DNA from: the human T2T-CHM13v2.0 reference genome, Homo sapiens
DNA length: 64,000 nucleotides
Direction: 5' to 3' (one strand)
Assembly (NCBI RefSeq): GCF_009914755.1
Contig: NC_060927.1
Position 1 is the stretch's first letter. Every line of letters starts with the position of its first letter. Below the pieces are notes generated by a model. It searched no databases, was not told the DNA's origin, and saw nothing but the letters and a program-made list of their open reading frames with translations. A program made the position numbers and the translations under genes. This document shows positions 30,181-50,829 of this stretch, piece by piece.

Positions 30181-31114
30181 AACTAGGTGATGTTTATAAA
30201 AATGTTTATAGCAGTGGTATTCATAATAACAAAAATCCTAGAAATAACCAAATGTTCATTGACTGGAATGTTGGAAAGCAGTGAGATATACTAGAGGTTT
30301 ACACAGTTGCTTGGATAAATCTTAGTCTTCTAATGCTGAGTGAAAAAAAAAGTTGTGGAAGACATATACAGCATGTACCATTTTTATAAAGTTCAAAATC
30401 AAGCAAAACTACATGATGTGTCATTTAGGAATGTGTACCTTGTGATAAAACTATAAAGAATTAAAAACAGAAGTCATGAGCATGTATATTAGTGGAGACG
30501 TAGAGAAAGGGAATAAGGGAGAGACACAAAGTAGATGCAATTACTGGTAACATTTTGGTTAAGTTTGAGGGGTGATCATACTGTTTTATTATAAGGTGTC
30601 ATATATTGTGTGTGTGTCAAAATGTATTTAATATAATATTTGTTAAAAATTTGAAAGGTATGATGAAGTCTACTATGTTTTATTCTTTCCTTGATGTCTT
30701 CTGATTACTGTTTTTTGTTCTTGTGCCTCACAGTCTTGCTGTATCTCCCTTTGCTGTCTTTAGCAATAGGTGTCCCTAATCTTTTGTTTCTCTGTTTCTC
30801 ATTCAGAATGATTCCCATTTGCTGTGTTCCAGCCTCTTGAATTGCTACCTTACTAAGTTCACTATTAATTCCTCAAATGACTTTTAATAAAATCTAAAGT
30901 TATTTTGTCCTTTATGGTAATTTGATTTGATCTTAAGAATACATTCTACCTAGTTTTTCTTTGCAAAAGTCTTTCTTTCTTAGGCTTAATATAGTTTCAT
31001 AATGTTAACTTTGCAAATTTTTCCTCTCCAGCTTCATGGTGCAGTTTTCTAACTGGAAAATTTCACATTTCTCATCTATCAGTTGACTTACAGTTTTAAA
31101 ATGAACCAAATCTT

Positions 31115-33371
31115 CCTTTTTTTATTATTATACTTTAAGTTCTGGGATACATGTACAGAACTTGCAGGTTTGTTACATAGGTATACACATGCCATGGTGG
31201 TTTGCTGCACCCATCAACCTGCCATCTACATTAGGTATTTCTCCAAATGATATCCCTCCCCTTCCCCCCGACGCCCAACAGGCCCCATTGTGTGATGTTC
31301 CCCTCCCTGTGTCCATGTGTTCTCATTGTTCAGCTCTCACTTACGAGTGAGAACAGGCGGTGTTTGGTTTTCTGTTCCTGTGTTAGTTTGCTAAGAATAA
31401 TGGTTTCCAGCTTCATCCATGTCCCTGTAAAGGATATTAACTCATCCTTTTTATGGCTGCATAGTATCCCATGGCATATATGTACCACATTTTCTTTATC
31501 CAGTCTATCACTGATGGGCGTTTGGGTTGGTTCCAAGTCTTTGCTATTGTGAATAGTGCTGCAATAAACATATGTGTGTATGTGTCTTTATAGTAGAATG
31601 ATATAATCCTTTGGGTATATACCAAGTAATGGCATTGCTGGGTCAAATGATATTTCTGGTTCTAGGTCCTTGAGGAATCACCACACTGTCTTCCACAATG
31701 GTTGAACTAATTTACACTCCTACCAACAGTGTAAGAGCGTTCCTATTTCTCCACATCCTCTCCAGCATCTGTTGTTTCCTGACTTTTTAATGATCGCCAT
31801 TCTAACTGGCGTGAGATAGTATCTCATTGTGGTTTTGATTTGCATTTCTCTAGTGACCAGTGATGATGAGCTTTTTTTCATATGTTTGTTGGCCACATAA
31901 ATGTCTTCTTTTGAGAAGTGTGTGTTCATATCCTTTGCCCACTTTTTGATGGATTTTTTTTTTCTTGTAAATTTGTTTAAGTTCCTTGTAGATTCTGGAT
32001 ATTAGCCCTTTGTCAGATGGGTAGATTGCAAAAATGTTCTCCCATTCTGTAGGTTGCCTGTTCACTCTGATGATAGCTTCTTTTGCTGTGCAGAAGCTTT
32101 TTAGTTTAATTAGATCCCATTTGTCAATTTTGGCTTTTGTTGGCATTGCTTTTGGTGTTTTAGTCATGAAGTCTTTGCCCATGCCTATGTCCTGAATGGT
32201 ATTGCCTAGGTCTTCTTCTAGGGTATTTATGGTTTTAGGTCTTACCTTTAAGTCTTTAATCCATCTTGAGTTAATTTTAGTGTAAGGTATAAGGAAGGGG
32301 TCCAGTTTCAGTTTTCTGCATATGGCTAGCCAGTTTTCCCAACACCATTTGTTAAATAGGGAATCCTTTCCCCATTGCTTGTTTTTCTCAGGTTTGTCAA
32401 AGATCAGGTGGTTGTAGATATGTGGCATTATTTCTGAGGCCTCTGTTCTTTTCCATTGGTCTATATATCTGTTTTGGTACCAGTACCATGCTGTTTTGGT
32501 TACTGTAGCCTTGTAGTATAGTTTGAAGTCGGGTAGTGTGATGCCTCCAGCTTTGTTCTTTTTGCTTAGGAGTGTCTTGGCCATACGGGCTCTTTTTTGG
32601 TTCCATATGAAATTAAAAGCAGTTTTTTCTAATTCTATGAAGAAAGTCAGTGGTGGCTTGATGGGGATAGCATTGAATCTATAAATTACTGTGGGCAGTA
32701 TGGCCATTTTCACGATATTGATTCTTCCTATCCATGAGCATGGAATGTTTTTTCATTTGTTTGTGTCCTCTCTGATTTCCTTGAGCAGTAGTTTGTAGTT
32801 CTCCACAAAGAGGTCCTTCACATCCCTTGTAAGTTGGATTCCTAGGTATTTTATTCTCTTCGTAGCAGTTGTGAATGGGAGTTCACTCATGATTTAGCTC
32901 TCTGTTTGTCTGTTATTGGTATATAGGAATGCTTGTGATTTTTGCACATTGATTTTTGTGTTGAAGTTGCCTATCAGCTTAAGGAGATTTTGGGCTGAGA
33001 TGATAGGGTTTTCTAAATAAACAATCATGTCATCTGCAAACAGAGACAATTTGACTTCCTCTCTTCCTATTTGAATACCCTTTATTTCTTTCTCTTGCCT
33101 GATTGCCCTGGCCAGAACTTCCAATACTGTGTTTAATAGGAGTGGTGAGAAAGGGCATCCTTGTCTTGTGCTGGTTTTCAAAGGGAATGCTTCCAGCTTT
33201 TGCCCATTCAGTATGATATTGGTTGTGTGTTTGTCATAAATAGCTCTTATTATTTTGAGGTACGTTCCATCATTACCTAGTTTACTTACAGTTTTTAGCA
33301 TGAAGGGGTGCTGAATTTTGTTGAAGGCCTTTTCTGCATCTTTTGAGATAATCATGTGGTTTTTGTCATTG
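31115..33371 (-). mobile_element. 5'-truncated L1PA (L1PA7-like), ~2.25 kb; ORF2 RT and C-terminal remnant
   Basis: TSD ATGAACCAAATCTT at 31101-31114 and 33372-33385. ORFs 32894-33355 ([14 protein letters not shown]) and 31850-32713 are broken ORF2. Confidence 0.96.
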
Positions 33372-34021
33372 ATGAACCAAATCTTTCTTCATCTAGGGAT
33401 TCAATTATGTATTCTTTAAGATTGTACTAGCATTATAGATAAAGTGGATTAATCATTGTTTAAGCCTCTTGGATTTCCATTAAATCATTGGTCTTTCCTT
33501 TGAATATACTCTTCTTGTTAAAATGTTTTTTTAAAAAAATTTAATCAGAAGTTAATTTGATTTATAGTGTGTTTTATTTTTGTAACTAATGTTCAATATT
33601 TATCATGAAACCTTTATTCATGAATTAGTAATAGAATAAATGGAACCCAGCCATAAAAATTTCTATTCTCTACCAAAAAATATAATGATTGCAAATTTTA
33701 AAAATGTGCTAGTTAATTTAGCTCTAACTTCCCCTTGAAAATATAGAGAGTCAAAACCAAAGTGAGATTGTGCATACATATCAGGCTAATTCTGCTATTC
33801 TGGTGTCATTTTTCTCTCTTTAAATATTTATTTATTAGATTCCTTTTAAATTCAAAGGCATGATAGTTTTAGCAAATCAAACAACAAAAGTACATAAGGA
33901 AAAATATAAATCTCCCTTCAGCATCCCTTAGCTCTCACACTCTGAGATAACAAATGTAAATAGTGTCTATACTTCTTAGTTGAATTCTTTGAAGCTGCCC
34001 TTAAAGAAAATACCTCATAGA

Positions 34022-34589
<568 letters not shown>

Positions 34590-34949
34590 TCATCTTTGGA
34601 GGTATTACCCTAAGTTAGGTAGTTCTTTCAAGAACCTAGGGCCTGGCATCACTTTTTGTTATCCTATTGATCTAAAGACATAGAGAATGTGTGTAAATAC
34701 AAAATAAAAATGCTGAAAGTTGTCACATTCTGAAGCTTTCTGCTACCCTTAACACTCAGTAATTCTAAGCAGAACAACTGATGTTCATGTAACAATTTAA
34801 AGGTCCCCAGAATTTTCTAAAGTCCTGTTAAGATTCTGCCTCCAGCTTGAGAGAAACTGCTGATAGTTCTGTTAATTCATGATGTGTACCATATATTCTG
34901 TCTAATGTTTACTAATGATTATTATCTTAAAAAAAGTTTCTTGAATACA

Positions 34950-35178
34950 CTGCAGCACTTTTATAATCATTGCTTGATACTCAAAACAGTCTTTTGTAAG
35001 GTAAAGCTGTTATAATCATCTTGATTTTATACATGAAAATCTGGAGGCTCAAAAGTTGAATGGCATAATCAAGATTCCACAGCTGGGAAGAACATGAAAC
35101 TTGGAGTTTAAAGGGTCTGCATAGGTCTGAAACTTGAACCATAGCCTATTGACTTCAAATATCTTGTTCTTTCCTCTA
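34950..35178 (-). mobile_element. Degraded MIR
   Basis: ATTTTATACATGAAAATCTGGAGGCTCA..CACAGCTGG..CTTGAACC..TGACTTCAAAT. Confidence 0.6.
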
Positions 35179-36593
35179 TACGTTATTGCTTCTTAAAAAA
35201 AAAAGTTTTGAAACTGTTTGTCCTATAATCCACCCCCAAAAATCCCTCATAGGTTTTATCTATCTACCTATAAAAGATAAGGCATATAATTTTTATTCTG
35301 TTCTGGAAAGCACAAACTTCCAGTTTTACAGATTATTCACCACTACAGGTCATGTGTCTAATCAAAAGTCAACTAGCTCAAGACTAAGAAAAAGAAGACC
35401 CAGATAAAATCAGAATAGAAAAAGAAGATATAGAAACCAAAACCACTGAAATACAAAGACTCATTAGAGACAATTATGAACAACTAAACACCAACAAATT
35501 AGAACACCTAGAAGAAATGGATAAATTTTGGGACATATACAATCTACAAAGATTGAACCATAAAGGCTTTTTCTCTAAGATCTAGATCAAAACAAGGATG
35601 CCTACTTTCACCATTTATATTCAGCATGATACTAGAAATCCTGGCCAGTGCAATAATTAGGCAAAAGAAAGAAAGGGCATCCAAATTGGAAAGGAAGAAG
35701 TCAAATTAGTCTTGTTCACAAACAACATGATCTTATATTTAGAAAAAGCTAAAGAATCTACCAAAAAAAAAAAAACTGTTAGAACTGATTAACAAATTCA
35801 CTAAAGTTGCAGGATACAAAGGCAGCATACAAAAGTCAGTAGCATTTATATATGCCAGTGGTGAGCAAGCTGAAAAAGACACTGAAAAAAGCAATCCCAT
35901 TCATAATTGCTACAAAGAATAAAAATTACCTAGGAATCAATTTAACCAAAGAAATCAAAGATCTGTACAAGGAAAATCTAAAACATTGATGAAAGAAATT
36001 GAAGTGGACACCAAAAAATGGAAAGACATCCCATGCTCATGGATCAGAAGAATTAATATTGTCAAAATGAATACACTGCCCAAAGCAATTTATAGATTCA
36101 ATGCAATTTCTATCAAAATATCAATGATATTCTTTACAGAAATAGAAAAAAATCCTAACATTTATATGGACCCACAAAAGACTCCAAATAGGCAAAACAA
36201 TCCTGAGCAAAAAACAAAACTGGAGGCATTACACTACCTGACTTCAAAATGTACTACAGAGCTATAGTAACCAAATTTGTATGGTGCTGGTATAGAAACA
36301 AACACATAGAGCGGTGGAACAGAATAGAGAACCTAGATATAGATCCCTGTACTTACAGCCAACTCATTTTTGACAACGGCACCAAGAACATAAAATGGGG
36401 AAAGGATAGTTTCTTCAATAAATGGTGCTGGGGAAACTGGATAACCCTATCCAGAAAAATGAAACTAGACCCCTGTCTCTCACCAGATACAAAACCCAAA
36501 ATGGATTAAAGACTTAAATTTAACACCTGTAATTGTGAAACTTCTAGAAGAAAACATTGGGGAAACACTCCAGGACGTTGGTTTGGGCAAATT

Positions 36594-36603
36594 TGTGTGT
36601 GTG

Positions 36604-36633
<30 letters not shown>
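36594..36633 (+). repeat. (TG)n microsatellite
   Basis: Directly visible, with one CA interruption. Confidence 0.95.
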
Positions 36634-36638
<5 letters not shown>

Positions 36639-37502
36639 CCTCAAAAATCACAGGCAACCAAAGCAAAAATAGACAATTGGGATTACATCAAGCTAAAACT
36701 ATTCTGCACAGCAAAGGAAACCATAACCAAAGTGAAGAGACAACCCACAGAATGGGAGTAAATGTTTGCAAACTATCCATCTGACAAGAGATTAGTTGCC
36801 AGAATATATAAGGAACTCAAAACAATTCAGTAGCAAAACAAACAAAACAAAACAAACACCTACCTTCCCCCGACCCAGATAGTCCAATTAAAAACAGGCC
36901 AGAGATCTGAATAGACATTTCTCAAAAGAAGAAATATAAATGGCCAACAGGTATATGAAAAAATGTTTAACATCATTAATCACCAGAGAAATAGACATTA
37001 AAATCTCAATGAGGTATCACCTCACCCCAGTTAAAAGTGCTTTTATCAAAAAGATGATGGAGTAAAAGATGCTGACAAAGATGTAGAGAAAGAGGAACAC
37101 TCATACACTGTTGGTGAGAATGTAAATTAGTACATCCACTATGGAGAACAGTATGGAGGTTCCTAAAAAAATTTTAAAATAGAACTACCATGTGATCCAG
37201 TAATTCCACCACTGGATATATATCCGAAAGAAAGAAAATTAATATATCAAAGAGATATTTACACTCCAATGTGTATTGCAGCATTATTCACAATAGCCAA
37301 AATATGGAATTAACTAAGTGTCCATCAGTGGATGAATGGATAAAGAAAATACGTTATATATACATAATGGAATATTATTTAGCCATAAAAAATTGAAATC
37401 CTGTCGTTTGCAGCAAGATGGATGGAACCAGAGGTTGTTAAGTGAAATAAGCCAAGTACAGAAAGACAAATATTGCATGTTCTCACTCATATGTGAGAGC
37501 TA

Positions 37503-38095
<593 letters not shown>

Positions 38096-38405
38096 TGCTG
38101 ATCTAATGAAGATAGAGAGTAGACTGATGGTTAACAGTGGCTGGGAAGGGTACGGAGTTCTGGGGATGAAGAGAGATTGATTAATGGGTACAAATATACA
38201 GTTAGAAGAAATAATACCTGTTTTTTGATAGACCAGTGGAGTGACTATAGTTAACAATAATCTATTGTGTATTTAAAAATAACTGGAAGAAAATAATTCA
38301 AATGTTCCTAGCATAAAGAAAATATAAATATTTAAGGAGATGAATATCCCAAGTACCCTGACTTGATCTTTACACGTTATATGAATGTATTAAAATACGA
38401 CATGT

Positions 38406-38728
<323 letters not shown>

Positions 38729-39090
38729 TATATCTATATCATATAAAGTATATATTATAAAATATTCTATGTTGTATATATATAATATATATATCTTACA
38801 TGTACCTGAAAATATGTACATCTGTTATGTATCAATAAAAGGTTTTTAAATACTTTAAATGAACTAGCTAATGCACCCGGTTTCATTTGCTATAATAATG
38901 GAAGTACAGGGTAGTTGATATTCTAACCTATAGACCAGACTATGTACCATACTATTAATTGTCATAAAAGAAAAAAACACCTGAATTTAGGATTCTGTAA
39001 CTTTGGAATGGGACTAGCATGAAAGCATAAATAGAAAAAATGGTTACAATCAAGTAAAACAGAGAAGTAAATATGTTGTTAAAGAAAGTC

Positions 39091-39134
39091 ATCTTAGGAT
39101 ACCTGTAACATTCCAGTTACAGGTATCCTAAGAT
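39091..39134. repeat. Perfect 19-bp inverted repeat with a 6-nt spacer
   Basis: ATCTTAGGATACCTGTAAC-ATTCCA-GTTACAGGTATCCTAAGAT. Confidence 0.97.
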
Positions 39135-39379
39135 TAGGCAAAGCAGATACCAGGCTGTCTGTAATGGCTAGTGGCCCTCACAGAGAAAGGAGATGAGGTC
39201 TTTGAGCCTGAGGAATTGGATATGTGACCACTACACCATGCAGGGACCCTGGAAAGGCTCCCTCCCCCTGTTCTTCTTAAACAGAGAAATCCCTGTTTCT
39301 TCTCAGGGCTCTGGGTGAAGCGGGGGAAGTTTGTCTTGAGAAATCTAGTGGTATTTATAGATGATTCAGAAATTCCAAG

Positions 39380-40125
39380 CTAAGAAATTAAATTAAAACT
39401 GATGCTAGAAGGATGAAACCTTTGGGAGAACTTGGCAGAATCAAATGTAAAACAACTTTATAGGGACATTTCACAAACTAAGATTCCTGAGCTTTCCACA
39501 CCTCAATAATCGGATGAAAATGAGATCATGATAGTTCTTATAAGTTACTTATGGAAATGATCCTTGTTAAGGGAGAGTAAGTGGATTAAATAACTATTAG
39601 ATCAAGTTGAAAGGGAATTAGAAAGCTGAAAAACACAGATGAGGAATTTATACAAAATGTAGCATAGAGAGATGAAGATACAGAGATATAGAAAAGGTTA
39701 AGAGACCCAGATGATGGGATTAGATGATTTCTAAAGGAAATTATAGACAAAGAATAGAGAGAGAATGTGGGAAGGATAATATTTGAAACAATAGTGGCTG
39801 CAATTTTTTAGAATGGATTAAATATATAAATCACCAAATTGAAAAAGCATATCAGGTTCTGGAAAGGATTAATAAAAATAAATACCTAAATTAAAAAAAC
39901 CTAGATACAATATAATAAAATAGAAGAACTCTAAAGACAAAGTCCTAAATTAATCTGCAAGGTGAATAAGATTACCCAAAAGGGTCGGCAATTAAACTGA
40001 CAACAAATCTCTCATCAGCCAAAGTAGAAGTGGAATAGAAAAATATTTTCCATGTGCCAATGGAAATGTAAACCTAGAATTCTTTACTTTGCTAAATTAT
40101 TCTAAAATGAAGATGAAATAAAAAC
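39380..40125 (+). mobile_element. Ancient L1ME/HAL1-like ORF1 remnant
   Basis: CAAAATGTAGCATAGAGAGATGAAGA, GATAATATTTGAA, AAACTGACAACAAATCTCTCATCAGC, AACCTAGAATTCT. Confidence 0.6.
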
Positions 40126-40131
40126 CTTTTC

Positions 40132-41005
40132 CATAATGGTACAGCCACTGCAGAAAACAGTTTGGGAGTTCCTTGAAAAGTTAAACATATAATTACTATG
40201 TGGCCTAGAAATTCCACTTTTAGGTATATACCCCAAAAAACTGAAAACTCCAACAGTACTTGTACACAAATATGCATAGCAGTATTTTTCACAATAGCCA
40301 GAATGTGGGAATAATCCAAATGTCCATCAACGGATAAATGTATGAACTAATTGTGGTATAGTCATGCGTCACTTGACAGTGGAGCTGTATTTTGAGAAAT
40401 GTGTCAGGTGATTTTGCAGTTGTGTGAACACTACAGAGTGCACTTATTCAGAGCTAAATAGTATGGCCTACTGTGCATGTAGGCTATATGGTAGCCTATT
40501 GCTCCTATGCTACAAATCTGTAAAAGCATGTTACTGTACTGAATACTATAAGTGATTGTAACACGGTGGTATTTGTGTATAGAAAAGATACAGGGAAAAT
40601 GCAGTATTATAATCTAGGATCACCATCATATATGTGGTTGATCGTTGAGCAAAACATCGTTATGCAATGCATGATTGTATATAAGTACAGTGGGATATTA
40701 TTCAGCCATAAAAAGGAAAGGACTACGGATACATGTTACAATGTGGATTAACCTCAAAAACATTATATGAAGAAATGAAGCCAAACCCAAAAGGTCACAT
40801 ATTGCCTAATTACATTTACATGAACTAGGCAGAGTAGATAAATCCATGGAGACAGAAAGCATATTGCTGATTGTCAGGGGCTGAGGGGAGTGGGGGATAG
40901 GGAGTGACTGCTTAATGGGTATAGTGTTTTCTTTTGGGGCAATGAAAATATTTTGAAATGTGGTTACACAACATTCTGAATGGATTAAATTGCACACTTT
41001 TTAAA
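40132..41005 (+). mobile_element. L1MB-type 3' end hosting a Tigger3
   Basis: AATGGTACAGCCACT, CAAATGTCCATCAAC, AATCCATGGAGACAGAAAG. Confidence 0.85.
40359..40677 (+). mobile_element. Tigger3a/Golem (MER7A-type) DNA transposon, second copy
   Basis: TA-flanked, AGTCATGCGTCACTTGAC...GCATGATTG, same internal motifs as 29360-29716. Confidence 0.88.
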
Positions 41006-42593
41006 AAAACAAAATGTAACCATTTGGGTAAAAATAAGTATTGATTGTTTAAAAGAGAAAATATTGATAATAACTATGTCGAGGATTTGATGAAACAAGA
41101 TGGAGCCAAAATAGTCAACAATCTTAGTTGGATGATGGGAAGAGGGTGATTAAAATGAATTAAGGTTGTTGGATATAGGTATTGATTAACTTTAGACTTT
41201 AGAAATATTAACATAAAATAGAACTTAAGATAATAGACATTATTACAAAGACTTCTGCTTCTACTTCAGAAGAACATGAAAGACTTTTGCTCCCATGATA
41301 ATCATAAAAGTTACCAAGTTTTAAAATCATACTTGTTATAGGGCAAGTAAAGAGCAGCAGACAAGAGGAGGTCTGAAAAGTCTGAATTTCACAGAAAAAT
41401 AAGGCCTTCATAAATGAGTAGAGAGCCACAGCAGCTTCATACCTAGGGGTGGGTGCCTGGTCATGGTACAAGTGGGTCTGACTTAGACACTAAATCACCC
41501 ATGCCCTAGAGGCCCAAATGCAAAGAGGAATCATTTAGCCTAGAAATTCTTCCCCTTCCCCACCCCACCAACCCATAGAGATTTCTCTAGAGAGAAATCG
41601 TCTAGTTCTTCACATTCTCGCAGAGATTGATTCAGTGTACTTGCCACATTTGAACCAAAAAGCAAACAAAAAGTATCGAAACTGCAGCTAAACCCTTCTA
41701 TATCACTTACTAACAAGATTTTTTTTTTAATATAGTGGCTCAAGGGTTTGGGTATTGAGCCAAACACAGCTGATCTAAGTGTACTTTTAGCTGTGACCCA
41801 GCTCCAGCTCAACTCTAGAAGGATTACAAATGAGCAGACACTAACCTTAACTTCCGGACAGAGGGAAGGGCTTGTACTCTGGGAAATAACAAGCCAAAAT
41901 AAAATTATACTACATTCTTAACTATTCTGTCTGGAATGTGTTCTAAAATTATGAGCTACACAAATTAGCAGAAAAATGTGACCTATTAACAAGAGAAAAT
42001 AGTCAATGTAGTCTGATGTTTTGGTGACCCAGTTTTGGAATTTAGTAGATGAGGGCCTTAAAACATCTGTGACAAATATGTTAAATAATTTACAGGAAAG
42101 ATGGATGTAAGGATTGAAGAGATGAGATATTTCAAGGGATTCATGGAAGTTCTAAAAGAATCAAATAGAATTTCTATAACTGAAAAATCTCAAATTTTAA
42201 AAATCATTGAATAGGCATTTCAGCAATTATTCACTACACAAGAAAGGATTAGTGAACTTGAAGACAGGTTAACAGAAATTATTCAAACTGATGCACAAAG
42301 AGAAAAAAGATAGAAAAAATTAACACATCATCAGCAACGTGTAAGGAAATATTAAGAGGTCTAACATACATATAATTGGAGGTGCAAAAAAGAGAAGAGA
42401 AAGAATAGGGCATACAAGTGTTTGAACAAATAATGTCCCCCAAATTCCAAATCTGATGACAGACAACCCACAGATTCAAGAAGCTCAGTGAGTAAATATG
42501 AAACACCTATGCACACTATTAAATTACTAGAAACCAACGATAAAGAGAAAGCTTAAGATGACAGAAGAAGGAAGGCTAAAAAAATTGGGGGGA

Positions 42594-43191
<598 letters not shown>

Positions 43192-43271
43192 TTAACTGTT
43201 TAAAGCAAAGATCATAATGATGTATTGTTGTCAAGTAAAATATTTGACAGTAGCACACAAGATAGGAAAAA

Positions 43272-43342
43272 CAGTGAGCCAAGATTGCACTACTGCACTC
43301 CAGCCTGGGTGACAGAACGAGACCCTGTCTCAAAAAATAAAA
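43272..43342 (+). mobile_element. Severely 5'-truncated Alu
   Basis: CAGTGAGCCAAGATTGCAC...GTCTCAAAAAA, TSD-like AAGA(T/C)AGGAAA. Confidence 0.85.
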
Positions 43343-44418
43343 ATTTAGAAAGACAGGAAAGGATTAGAGGAAAATACACTGTTATTCTGGTGATAGAAGC
43401 ATAATATTATTTCAAGGTAGACTGCAAAAGGGACGTATTTCATGTAGAACAACCATAAAATATGCATAAATATTTAATTATTTCAAAAGAGGTCTGAAAA
43501 GGGGAACAAAGGAACAAAAAGTAGATGGGACAAATGGGAAACAAATAGCAAGATGTTAGATTTGAACCATATTCATGATTAAATGTAAATGAGTCTAACA
43601 CTCCTATTAAAAGCCTGGATGACAGAGTGAGACCCTGTCTCAGAAGAAGCGGGCAGGGGAGATAATTTTATGCTATTCACACTAGCATAAAATTACCTAA
43701 GACTAAATATAACTTTGTTAGATTTGCAAGTTTAAGACCTAAAAAATGTTGCTGGAGAGAAATTTCAATAACCTAAATAAATCAGGAGGTACGTCATGTT
43801 TATGGATTGGGAGCCTGAGTTACAGATTCGAAACAATTTTAATCATAACCCTAGCAGAGTTTTTTGTTTGGAAGTTGGTAAACTGTTTCTAAATGTTATA
43901 TGGAAATAGAAATGTCCTAGAATAGCCAACACAATCACAAAGAACAAGAGCAAAGTTGAGGACTTACATGGCCATATGTAAAGGCATATTATAAAACTGC
44001 AGTAATCAACACAGAGTAGTATATTAGTGTGAGGAAAAATACATAATTTATTGGCACAAAAGATTCCAGAAACAGACCCCCATATAAGGATCACCTGATT
44101 TACCAAAGTACCCTTACATTTCTATGGGGAAAGGATGACCTTTCAGTAAAATGTGCTGGGTCAATTGAAAAAAAACATGGAAAAGAAAAACAAACCTTGA
44201 TACCTACCTCAGAACATATGCAAAGAGTAATCTGAAATAGTTCATAGATATAAATGTGAAAGGTAAAACAGATTCTAGAAGAAAATACACAAGAATATCT
44301 TTATAATCTCAGGGTAAGCAAATATTTCGTCAACATGACATACTGTATCTTCATAACCATTTAAAATAATTGATAAATTGGACTTCACTGAAGTAGGAAA
44401 TTGTTTATTAAAAAACAA

Positions 44419-45055
<637 letters not shown>

Positions 45056-45388
45056 CTATCCAACAAAGTGCTCATATCCAAAAGATAAAAAGAACTACAA
45101 ATCTATCAGAAAAAGAAACCCAATTTAAAAAAATGAGTGCTTCACAAAAACCCCCAAAATGGCCAATAATTATATGAATAGGTGCTCACAATCATCACTT
45201 GTAGCAGGGAAATACATTTTAAATAATACAATATCATTATATCCTTATTAGAAGGATGGTGTTAAGAAGACCAACAATACCAAGTATCCATAAAGGTGTG
45301 AAATAATTGAAACTCTTGTAAATTATTCATGGAAGGATAAATTGGCACAACTGTTATAGTTTAGAAAACTTTTAGCAATAACTACTAA

Positions 45389-47516
<2,128 letters not shown>

Positions 47517-48119
47517 CACTGCTAAAAGTAAATACTCTCCAACCCTTTAGTCTAACAGTTTCTTCCTAGGTATATGTTCAGGTGAAATAAATGTATGTGT
47601 CTACCAAAAGATGTGCACAAGGATATTTATAGCAGTTTTGCTCATAATAGCTAAAAGTTAGAAACAACCTAAATGTCACTTAACCACAGCATGGAAAAAT
47701 AAATTGTAGTATATTCATTAAGGGAACACTACAGAGCAAAAAGTACAAACTGCTGCATCATGCAACAGCATGGACAAATTTCACAGACAGTTAAAGGTGA
47801 AAAAGTAAAACCAAAGACTGCATAGTGTTTGATTCCATTTATGTGAAGTGCAATATCAGTTGAAATTAATCTATGGTAATAAAATTCAGAGGTGTTTACT
47901 TCTGGGAGGGGATGTATTTTGTTTATCTCTGGGTGCATAAAAAGGCAAAACAGAATCTTTTGGTGTTGAATGTGTTCTATGTCGAGAGTGAGATAGTGGT
48001 ATTATAAGTTTGTATATGTATTTTTATACCTAGGATTTGTATACCTTAGTGGATGAATGTTATACTTTAATAAAAAATCATTTTTGTGGGGGCGTATTTT
48101 AGATCTGGCTACTGAACAT

Positions 48120-50095
<1,976 letters not shown>

Positions 50096-50500
50096 TATGC
50101 AGTTTTCTTTATATCCATTATATTGCTAATAGGAAGATTTAAAATATATATATATTAAAAATTTAAAGCTTATGAATGATAAAGAAGAAAAAACATTAAG
50201 ACTTGCTTTTAGTAGACTTGTTCTACTTTTTTCACTCTCATAAGTCATTTTTAACCAAAATTCCTCAATTACGAAAAAATAGAGTTTCTGATAATGTTAG
50301 CATTTGTTACTGTGTTTATTTTAAATACGGCCATTCTGAACCAACACTGTAAGCATTTTTTGCTTTTAGGTATTTATGACGAAGAGTAAATTTCTAACAA
50401 TTCTTTTTAATACTTTGTTTCCCAACTTGAGGACCAAATGCAGAATAAAATTATTTTGATTTATTTACAGCCATTAGATTCTTGCAAAACAAATATAACT

Positions 50501-50504
<4 letters not shown>

Positions 50505-50534
<30 letters not shown>

Positions 50535-50829
50535 AGACAGAGTCTCGCTCTGTCACCTAGGCTGGAGTGCAGTGGCGCGATCTCGGCTCACTGCAAGCTC
50601 CGCCTCCCGGGTTCACGCCATTCTGCCTCAGCCTCCCGAGTAGCGTAGCTGGGACTACAGGCGCCCGCCACCACGCCCAGCTGTTTTTTTTTTTTTTTTT
50701 TTGGTATTTTTAGTAGAGACGGGGTTTCACCGTTTTAGCCAGGATGGTCTCCATCTCCTGACCTCGTGATCCGTCCACCTTGGCTTCCCAAAGTGCTAGG
50801 ATTACAGGCGTGAGCCACCGTGCCCGGCC
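50505..50829 (-). mobile_element. Young AluY
   Basis: Perfect 17-bp TSD AACAAATATAACTTCTT (50488-50504 and 50830-50846), T31 tail, many intact CpGs. Confidence 0.96.

Noticed and set aside
31850-33355. Longest ORFs (287 aa and 153 aa) as a gene or active retrotransposon
   Set aside because: They are frameshifted pieces of L1 ORF2 in a 5'-truncated L1PA bounded by a TSD, with no promoter or ORF1.
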